This document shows positions 8,515 to 15,923 of a stretch of DNA of 64,000 nucleotides, piece by piece. The notes under the pieces were generated by a model. It did no database searches. It was not told the DNA's origin and was given only the letters and a program-made list of their open reading frames with translations. Origin of the DNA: a virus. The translations under genes and the position numbers were made by a program. The DNA lies in the IMG/VR virus record IMGVR_UViG_3300047388_000292, positions 1 through 64,000 of that record, one strand, 5' to 3'. Numbering within the stretch: the stretch's first letter is position 1; each line of letters begins with the position of its first letter.

Positions 8515-8710
8515 CGAGGTAGAGCCGCCCGCACGAAGCAATCCTTGCCTCGAGAAGCTTGCGTAGACCAGCAGTCAACTCTGGCCCTTCCAGAGTTTCC
8601 GCCATGTCCTGCGCGAGTTGAGCGCACTGCTTGCTGATTGACCGAAGATCCTCCGGCAAATGAGCGAACTCAAAGTACCGGAGGATCTCCTCAGTTGCTG
8701 GGTGCATCAC
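8511..8710 (-). pseudogene. helical-hairpin protein (HLP...LRKLLEAKD type, possibly Acb2/Tad1-related) with a 1-nt frameshift
   Basis: ILRYFEFAHLP...ELTAGLRKLLEA, then the family-typical KDCFVRAA continues in the -1 frame. Confidence 0.6.
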
Positions 8711-9192
8711 TCAGCCGGATCGTCGGCTACAGGCTCGCTCGGCGCGCTCTTCGACGTCTTTGCCTTCGCCGGCTCTGAAACCTGATTCAGAGTAAACACG
8801 GCTGCGTACCCGTCGTCCTTGTTGCCGAAGATCTTACCTTCGTCAGCGAGCTTCTTGAGCTTGCGTGCGATCTTACGAGAGCCTACACCGAGCGACTCTG
8901 CGATCTCCGGGGTCTTACGAGGGGTCTCGCCGCCAGCGTTCACGGCTTCGATGAGAGCCTCGTCAGTCACCTGATCGCCAGCATCTGCGTGGCCATTGGT
9001 CGAAACCGTTTCGCCGGTGATCTTCCCGAGCGCCTCGAGCGCCTTGCGTAGGCCAGAACGCTCGTCCTTCAGCGGCTTCGAGTGTTCTGCCAGAGCCTTC
9101 TTCGCCGCCTCAAAGTCTTTGTTGAGCTTCTCGAGCTCGCCTTGGACCTCGTCAAGACGGCTCTTGATCGCGGTAACTGCTGAGGTTGCCAT
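8707..9192 (-). CDS. coiled-coil plus winged-HTH protein
   Basis: N-terminal heptads; TPEIAESLGVGSRKIARKLKKLADEGKI; AAGGAGG SD. Confidence 0.65.
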   Translation of the reverse strand: MATSAVTAIKSRLDEVQGELEKLNKDFEAAKKALAEHSKPLKDERSGLRKALEALGKITGETVSTNGHADAGDQVTDEALIEAVNAGGETPRKTPEIAESLGVGSRKIARKLKKLADEGKIFGNKDDGYAAVFTLNQVSEPAKAKTSKSAPSEPVADDPAE

Positions 9193-9252
9193 ATGTCCCT
9201 CCTTGAGTGGATGAGTACCAACAAGGGAAAAAGATATCAGAACATATGCGAA

Positions 9253-9699
9253 CTATCGACGCTTTTTCTTCGTGATCTCGTCAAGAAGCTCTGCGACCAT
9301 AGCATCAGCGTGGCCGTTCTGAGTGCGAGAAACATGGAAAATCCTCACGATGCATCCTCGAGAGCGGAGTCGAGAAGCGAGACGATGAGCCGCAGTCCTG
9401 TAGGGCATCAGGCTTCGCTCCCTAACGCACCACAGACCCAGTACTTGCATGACAACGAGCTTAGAATCGCTGTAAATGCTGATCTCATCGCCGATTCCGA
9501 GGCTCTCCGTCAACGCCATATCGAGCGCGAGGATCAGCCCGGAATACTCGCCGGCGTTGATCGTGATCGAGCCGAGGAATCTGGTCTCCCGAGCGATCTC
9601 CAAGCCATCCAAGTAGAGGATCGCTCCACAAGCGCAGAACGTGAAGGTCTTTCGATCCCTAGTCCGTAGACCAGCGTCGCAGTATGCCTCGTAGATCAA
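9253..9699 (-). CDS. ribonuclease HI family protein
   Basis: YCDAG, TINAGEYSGL, IYSDSKLVVMQ, HVSRTQNGHADAM (acidic D-E-D-D set). Confidence 0.88.
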   Translation of the reverse strand: MIYEAYCDAGLRTRDRKTFTFCACGAILYLDGLEIARETRFLGSITINAGEYSGLILALDMALTESLGIGDEISIYSDSKLVVMQVLGLWCVRERSLMPYRTAAHRLASRLRSRGCIVRIFHVSRTQNGHADAMVAELLDEITKKKRR

Positions 9700-11210
9700 A
9701 CAACAGTCCTCTCGGCGATCTCGACCTTCCAGCCCTTCTGGTTGTAGAGCATGTGAATACGAGTGCGGTACTGCGAAGCCAGCAGATCGACCTTCGGATC
9801 TCGGACATCGATGACCACGGCATTCTTCTTGCCTGGCGCCGGCCGCATGATCCGTCCTACAGGCTGCTTGACGACTTCGACGTTGCGAAAGGGGTACGCG
9901 AGGACCACGCGATCGAGCATAGGCGCATCGAATCCTTCTTCAGCGATCGTCGACAAGACGCAGATGTACGGAGAATCTGAGATCAACTCTCGGACTTCCA
10001 CAGCTTCTTTCCCGCTGCTCTCGCCTGTGAGCATGATCGTCGAAGCCGCAGCCTCTGCGTGTAACCCTTTGATCGTCTCGTAGATCGCCTTGAGATGCAT
10101 CTTACGACGCGAGATGACGAGGATCCGATGGCCACCCGTCATCTCCCCAATGACCTCCTCGGCGATCATCTCGTTGCGCGCAGAATCCGAACACAGCGCA
10201 GACATCATCGCGTTGTAGTTGTTGCGGACCACATCCATAATCGGTCGACCGGTCCTACGACTGATCACGACCTCGCCGTCGCCGTCGAGGCGCTCAACCT
10301 TCTGCGTCGAGTGGTAGTCGAATTCGAAGTCGGAGGTCAGAACGCGCACAGAAGGCGTCACGAGGGAATCTCCAGCCTCCTCAGCAGTCGTCTCGTGGAC
10401 GATTGGACCGATGATCGCCTGAACGATCGGGAAGAACAGAGGATCGCGGTCAGGTGTCGCAGAGACACCCCAGCGATAGCGGGCAGGGAACCTCTGGAGG
10501 ATGTCTTGAAGCGTCTCAGCACTCGTGTGGTGGCACTCATCCACGATCACCGACCCCCAAATGTCGAAGAACCGCCGGTGAATGGTGTGAAGGTCCACCG
10601 CCATGCGCTCGAGCTCGTTGTAGCGCGCCCAAATCGCCTGCCTAAGCGCCACCGTGATCGGCCGGAGATTTATCTCGCTCTCGCCGAGGTAGCCGGCGTC
10701 GTACCCAAGCTTCTCCTTGATCTGCTCGACCCACTGGCGCGCGAGCGCAGCCTTGTCGACAATGATGATCGTGGGCTGATCTACGCGCCTCAGAGCCTCG
10801 AGCGCGACTGCGGTCTTCCCCGCGGCGGTCGGAGCCTCGTAGATGCCCTGCTCGCACGTCACGAGAGCCTGCACAGCAGGTTCCTGGTAGTCGCGCATGG
10901 GGACCGGATCCAGGTTCAAGGGCCAGAACTCGTAAAAGCGCCGGCAGTCCTCCCACTCGATCGTCATGCCCCACTGAGCCATCCCCTGCGAGAACTGGTG
11001 CAGGAAGCCACGAGGGAGCAGGAGATCGCGTCCGTCGCGCAGGTAGAGGGGAATCTGGTCTGGCAGCCTCTCAGCGCCCCACACGAGCTCTCGGAGCGCC
11101 GTAGGTTTCGAGGGATTCGCAATCTGTAGGGCGCCCAGGAGCGACGGTAGGACATGCGGAGGGACCTCGGCCTCGCGCACACGGATGAATGAATCGACCC
11201 TGACCAACAT
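9696..11210 (-). CDS. SF2 DExH helicase
   Basis: RDYQ, APTAAGKT, VDECHH, SATP, EGFDAPMLD, QPVGRIMR. Confidence 0.92.
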   Translation of the reverse strand: MLVRVDSFIRVREAEVPPHVLPSLLGALQIANPSKPTALRELVWGAERLPDQIPLYLRDGRDLLLPRGFLHQFSQGMAQWGMTIEWEDCRRFYEFWPLNLDPVPMRDYQEPAVQALVTCEQGIYEAPTAAGKTAVALEALRRVDQPTIIIVDKAALARQWVEQIKEKLGYDAGYLGESEINLRPITVALRQAIWARYNELERMAVDLHTIHRRFFDIWGSVIVDECHHTSAETLQDILQRFPARYRWGVSATPDRDPLFFPIVQAIIGPIVHETTAEEAGDSLVTPSVRVLTSDFEFDYHSTQKVERLDGDGEVVISRRTGRPIMDVVRNNYNAMMSALCSDSARNEMIAEEVIGEMTGGHRILVISRRKMHLKAIYETIKGLHAEAAASTIMLTGESSGKEAVEVRELISDSPYICVLSTIAEEGFDAPMLDRVVLAYPFRNVEVVKQPVGRIMRPAPGKKNAVVIDVRDPKVDLLASQYRTRIHMLYNQKGWKVEIAERTVV

Positions 11211-11252
11211 GCTTGAAGCCTAACCCTATTAGGTCGGGACTACAAGACTTCT

Positions 11253-12068
11253 CTACTTCGTGAGCAGCACAACAGCGGTGACCGCGATGCCGATGATTGT
11301 GAGCAGCACTGCGAATACACTGATCCCAATCGCGATCCACGTAGCAGTGCTTGTGCTGCGCTGGCGTTGCTCGATGGCTTGAGCGTTGCCGCCTACAGAT
11401 TGCTGCTGGGATTTACGGAGAGATCCGATCTGCTGGACAAGCACGGCGCCAATCACGCCCATGACCGCAATCGCGATGGCTGCTGGTGCTACTCGGGCTG
11501 CGGTTGTCTCTCGCGTATCGATCAACTGCGACTTAGATCCGGCTGTCTCATATTGTACCTTCCTCAATTCGGCGATGTCTTTCATGATCGGCTCGTTCGT
11601 CGCAGCAATCTGAGCCTGAAGCTGCTGCCGAGTCGTCTCGACCTGCGTACGCATGGCGTCTGCGGCTGCGGCAACCTGATTCGCCAGTGCAGCAGCGGCC
11701 TGAGTCTGCACTTCAGCCTGCGTGGCGACGTTCCCCTGGTCGACCGCTCGAATGGCGTCAAGGCGTAGCGTCTCTGCATGCCGAAGCTCTTGGCTGTGGC
11801 GCTCCCGCATCGCCGCCATCGCTTCGGTGTACTCGGCACGCATCCCGCCGATTGACTCGGTGAACCGTTGGCGCATATCAGCGACACGCTCCTGCATACG
11901 GCTCTGAAGACTGAATTTGTCTTCTTGCGCAATCCGCAGATCATCCTGACGGAGGTTGGAGGCATCGACGAGATCGAGAACGTTGTCGGTCGGATCAAAT
12001 GCCTTCGCCCCTGACGCGTCAGTAGGTGCGCCGTTGGAACGGTCACGCTGGCGGTCTCGCCTAGCCAT
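11253..12068 (-). CDS. coiled-coil membrane protein with two TM segments (possibly lysis-related)
   Basis: Long helical region followed by two hydrophobic helices; last gene of the tail operon. Confidence 0.6.
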   Translation of the reverse strand: MARRDRQRDRSNGAPTDASGAKAFDPTDNVLDLVDASNLRQDDLRIAQEDKFSLQSRMQERVADMRQRFTESIGGMRAEYTEAMAAMRERHSQELRHAETLRLDAIRAVDQGNVATQAEVQTQAAAALANQVAAAADAMRTQVETTRQQLQAQIAATNEPIMKDIAELRKVQYETAGSKSQLIDTRETTAARVAPAAIAIAVMGVIGAVLVQQIGSLRKSQQQSVGGNAQAIEQRQRSTSTATWIAIGISVFAVLLTIIGIAVTAVVLLTK

Positions 12069-12241
12069 TACAGCGCCTCAGCAGAAGAATCGATTGCAGT
12101 TATCCCAAACAAGATGGCCTCCTTCCATGTTCGGCCGGCCTTGCTCAGCCGCGATTCGGATCTAGATGATACCGATACCTTGCTTTTTCATGGAAGACCT
12201 ATTAGGTTAGATATATAGAACGAGACGAAAGGGGCGGCGAT

Positions 12242-12898
12242 ATGAAGAAGTTTCTTGTGGTGATGATCTTGATGACGACGACCTTGGTGCTCGCTTCGCC
12301 GGCGTCAGCTCGTCCTACACTCGCTGCAGGACGCGCGCTCGAGCACGCTTCACGCATCGAGACCATTGCTCAGCCCGCACAAGCTTCCTGCCCCGCCGGG
12401 GTACCCGTCCAGACGATTACCGTCGTCAATCAGGCGAACGTCCATCCGGTAGCACTCGCAAAGGTGGAGCGCGCCGTGGTCGATCAGTCGTTGCAGCTCC
12501 GGGCAGCGTGGGGAACCCCGTGCGTGACCTTCGGCCCCGCCGGCTGGGTCGTGACGCTTCAAGCTGGGACGCCCATCCAGAACGCGGGCGGGTCAACATC
12601 GCTGCCGCTAGCAGGCCACCACGACTACACCGGCGTCCCCTCGGCGGTCGTGACCACGGGCCGCAATCCGATGAGCGTCTGGTCCCGAGCGTTCACGCAC
12701 GAGATAGTCGAGATGCTAGTCGACCCGACCGACACGATGCGCTGGAAGCTCGGGCTGCTCGAGGTCTGCGATCCGGTTGAGAACTGGACATATCCGCTCG
12801 ACGGCGTCCAGGTTTCGGACTTCGTGCTCCCCGCCTACTTCACCAGCGGTCCCGGCCCGTGGGATGAGGCCGGGATGCTAGCTGGACCGTTCAGTTGA
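12242..12898 (+). CDS. secreted zinc-metalloprotease-like protein (moron)
   Basis: Signal peptide ending ASA; FTHEIVEMLVDP...EVCDPVE...VSDFVLPAYF; opposite strand with its own promoter and SD. Confidence 0.65.
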   Translation: MKKFLVVMILMTTTLVLASPASARPTLAAGRALEHASRIETIAQPAQASCPAGVPVQTITVVNQANVHPVALAKVERAVVDQSLQLRAAWGTPCVTFGPAGWVVTLQAGTPIQNAGGSTSLPLAGHHDYTGVPSAVVTTGRNPMSVWSRAFTHEIVEMLVDPTDTMRWKLGLLEVCDPVENWTYPLDGVQVSDFVLPAYFTSGPGPWDEAGMLAGPFS

Positions 12899-14027
12899 TC
12901 ACGTAGGAACAGCCACCGAAGTAGAAGCTGATGGGAGCGGTGCCGCTGTTGAGCGACCCAAGTATTCCGGTCGCACTTGCTACCTGAAAGAACGTCGCAA
13001 AGTAGTTCGGACTCTGAAACATGGTTCCCGGAAAAAGAACGTTTACCGCCGGTTTCATGCTCGCCGGAAGTGTGCCCAGAGTAGCCGCGGAGCCGCTTGA
13101 CTGGTCGATTGCTCCTCGCAGGAAGACGCGGTCGCCTACCAGGCGACCGCCCGGAGTCTCGCTGCCATGTGTTGCCATGCCGGTGCCAAGCGAAAGGTTG
13201 ACCCAGCCCGTGTCCTGCCGCCCGGAGACGATCCGCCAGTTCGTGCCGTCGGACTGAAGCGCCACGCTCGCGCCCGGCGCGCCGAGCAGGAAGCTGGCCG
13301 CGTTGGTCAGGCCGAGGCCCTGAATGAGCGTGCCGGACACGGTGACCGGGGTTGCGCCCGTGACGCTGGCGTTCGCCTGGACGGCCACCATCGCGTTAGG
13401 GTTGGCCAACGGGCTCGGGAGCGTGACCGTAGTGCTGGGAGCAGCGACGATGCATTGACCGCATCGCGCGGTAACCGATGCACCAGGCGCAACCATCTGA
13501 AGCGTTGGCCCAACAATTGAAGCAAAGTTCAGATACGAGAAAGAAGCGGAAGAAGCTGCTCCGTTCGGAACCAACACATAAGCAACGACGAGAAAGTTGT
13601 TTTGCAATGCCGGTCCGCCACTCTGCCCTGGAGCACCGGTCAAGTTCGCCAGAGTCGCTCCTACAGTCGCAGTCCCAGATATAACAATCGGAGATGTAAT
13701 ATCGCTAGAGTCTCCGCCAGTTTCAGAATCGAATACGCGTGGTCCGACCGCGTCTATTCTGGGATTTCCAGATGCATTGGCCGCATGACTTGGAGTCGCA
13801 ACCGAGGCGTCATTACGAACAATCCAAAGTCCGCCTTGGCTTGCAAAAGTATTTGCCACCAACCCTCTACCAGCAGCCATGTTACTAGCCATGCCTGCAC
13901 CAGCAGAACAAAGCAAGTCGTTTGCAGTAAATACACCGGGTCCCTGAGCCCAACCAACGGCAGCCTGGCGATCATCCTGCGCAACTGAGTTCAACTTCCC
14001 ATCGTAGAGCGCCCCATGAAATGTCAT
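12891..14027 (-). CDS. minor tail / receptor-binding protein
   Basis: ANASGNPRID baseplate-anchor-like N-terminus; DTGWVNL...VFLRG...LGTLPASMKP fibre-tip C-terminus. Confidence 0.75.
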   Translation of the reverse strand: MTFHGALYDGKLNSVAQDDRQAAVGWAQGPGVFTANDLLCSAGAGMASNMAAGRGLVANTFASQGGLWIVRNDASVATPSHAANASGNPRIDAVGPRVFDSETGGDSSDITSPIVISGTATVGATLANLTGAPGQSGGPALQNNFLVVAYVLVPNGAASSASFSYLNFASIVGPTLQMVAPGASVTARCGQCIVAAPSTTVTLPSPLANPNAMVAVQANASVTGATPVTVSGTLIQGLGLTNAASFLLGAPGASVALQSDGTNWRIVSGRQDTGWVNLSLGTGMATHGSETPGGRLVGDRVFLRGAIDQSSGSAATLGTLPASMKPAVNVLFPGTMFQSPNYFATFFQVASATGILGSLNSGTAPISFYFGGCSYVIN

Positions 14028-14037
14028 ATTGTCTTCC

Positions 14038-15201
14038 TCACGCAGTCGACGTAAACGTAGTTTGAAAATTAGTTACCGTCTCTACTCCCTCATCACTGAT
14101 TCCAACTGTAAACGCGAATATCCTCACCGGTTGAGGACCAGAAAACCCAGATCCAGGCGGAGGAATCACGATCGATCCATAGTTAGAGACCAGATAACAA
14201 AAGTCCCCAATGTCAAAATCGACAAAGGGATTCAACGACGACGGAGACCCAGACGGAAGTTGATCAAACGAGTAGACCGTAATTCCATAGGCATTCGTCG
14301 TCGCTTCTCCTTGCGCGAATGCTGTGAGCACATCCGTCGTAACCTGATCAGAAATCGAAGTCTGCGACGTGAAGAGCCCAAGAGTCTGAATAGATCCAGG
14401 CCACTCTCCCTCGCCAACTGCGTACTGCCCGACTGCATAGACCTCATTCTCGATCTTCGATGCATCCTCTGTGGGACGTATATCCGAGAGGTTATTCGGG
14501 CCCTGCTTGAAACCAAAGAGCGCATTTGGGCGTACCTGCCCCCGTCCGTTGACCGTATAGGGTCCACCTACCGGCCAGATCCCGTTGTAGTAGAGATTGA
14601 GCTGGCGCGTCATTGGGTCAACTCGAAAATCAAATCCAGCCTCGAGTTGTGACAGCGTCGTGATCTGTTGGCCGATGTTCGCAAAGCGCTGAACTGTGAA
14701 GTTCCTAGTCTGAGTGTTCGCCGGCGTCTGTCCCATCGTCACGTAAATTGGAGCTCCCTGAGACTGCGAATCATAGATGCCTCTAGATAAGAGGTCGGCA
14801 ACGATTGCACATTGATCGACACTCGTATACTGCTGAGAAGTCGCAGTAGTCGTAGGCGATGGGCCTACATCCGAGTTGGAGCCAGTCTTCAGCAGATAGT
14901 GATTGAGCTTCTCAAACCACCCAACACATCCAATCTGCATCTGCGCCCGAGCTCCAGAGGGGGCAATTGTCCACACCGGACCTGACCACACAAGACTGTT
15001 GTTCCGATAGCAGATGATGCAAGTCGATACTTTCTTGACGAGCGCTGCCGCGGGATCTAGGACAGACAACGCCAACGATGCCGACTCGCGTGAGTTGAGC
15101 TGCGGGGTGATCGTCCTTGACGTCGCATTCGAGAGCTCCGCGAGGATCGACATATCTGACGACCGCGCTAGAAACCAATTCCAACTCGGGCTGGATGCCA
15201 T
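14038..15201 (-). CDS. minor tail protein (baseplate hub, Gp37/Tal-like)
   Basis: RNNSLVWSGPVW, GFDFRVDP, DFDIGD; position downstream of Dit. Confidence 0.8.
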   Translation of the reverse strand: MASSPSWNWFLARSSDMSILAELSNATSRTITPQLNSRESASLALSVLDPAAALVKKVSTCIICYRNNSLVWSGPVWTIAPSGARAQMQIGCVGWFEKLNHYLLKTGSNSDVGPSPTTTATSQQYTSVDQCAIVADLLSRGIYDSQSQGAPIYVTMGQTPANTQTRNFTVQRFANIGQQITTLSQLEAGFDFRVDPMTRQLNLYYNGIWPVGGPYTVNGRGQVRPNALFGFKQGPNNLSDIRPTEDASKIENEVYAVGQYAVGEGEWPGSIQTLGLFTSQTSISDQVTTDVLTAFAQGEATTNAYGITVYSFDQLPSGSPSSLNPFVDFDIGDFCYLVSNYGSIVIPPPGSGFSGPQPVRIFAFTVGISDEGVETVTNFQTTFTSTA

Positions 15202-15202
15202 G

Positions 15203-15922
15203 TCAGTTCTTTACAGCGATATACGGGTAGAACTGAGCATGTCCCGGGTCTGACCATATCTGCATGAAGGCAGAGAAGTGCTGAGTTATCCGTCCCTGTG
15301 ACAATGCGCCATTGTAGACAGCAATATCCTGCCCGAGAGCGATCGTATTCGATGCCGCAGCCGCTACAAGTAACTGAGTATTTCCTGTCGTTGAAGCTGC
15401 GACTGTTCCAGACAGCACCTGAGATGCGACGAGCACACCGTCTACATATATCGCCTGCACCTGAGCCGTAGGATCGTATGTGCCTTGAATGATCTGTGGA
15501 GGTCCGGTGAGGACACTGGCTGCAGTTAGCGTGTGCTGGGCCCCAGTCCACATACTCCAAGCGATCCCAGATCCGATTACCTCGAGTTGAGCTTGGCCGG
15601 GAGCATTGAATAAGTAGAAGGATGTCCCGTGGATAAGTTCCTGTACCGTGACTCCTTCGACAGTTACACCGCTCCCAAATGCAAATCCAGCGACTGATGC
15701 CTGAAATCCATCGAGCTGTGCTGTATACCCGCCTCTAGCACTGGTGAAGGGATCATCCTGTACCAGCGGAGGAAGTCCGAGCGTCGGGGATCCAACTGCT
15801 GGGAGGACGATTCCACCTACATCATCGAAGACATAGTTGAATGTAGATGGCTCTCCTAGCATCCAGCGAGACTCTAGGTACGGAACCTCAAGTTGTGCAT
15901 CTCTGAGGAATCTCTGTGCCAT
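15203..15922 (-). CDS. minor tail protein with LamG/ConA-like domain
   Basis: WMLGEPS, GTYD...IYVDGVLV, DIAVYNGALS..I..H; start at MAQRF. Confidence 0.75.
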   Translation of the reverse strand: MAQRFLRDAQLEVPYLESRWMLGEPSTFNYVFDDVGGIVLPAVGSPTLGLPPLVQDDPFTSARGGYTAQLDGFQASVAGFAFGSGVTVEGVTVQELIHGTSFYLFNAPGQAQLEVIGSGIAWSMWTGAQHTLTAASVLTGPPQIIQGTYDPTAQVQAIYVDGVLVASQVLSGTVAASTTGNTQLLVAAAASNTIALGQDIAVYNGALSQGRITQHFSAFMQIWSDPGHAQFYPYIAVKN

Positions 15923-15923
15923 A

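Noticed and set aside
10095-11129. 344-aa plus-strand ORF
   Set aside because: Antisense shadow of the high-GC helicase gene
11253-12068. Definitive holin or spanin call
   Set aside because: TM segments and position are suggestive, but there is no adjacent endolysin or family motif
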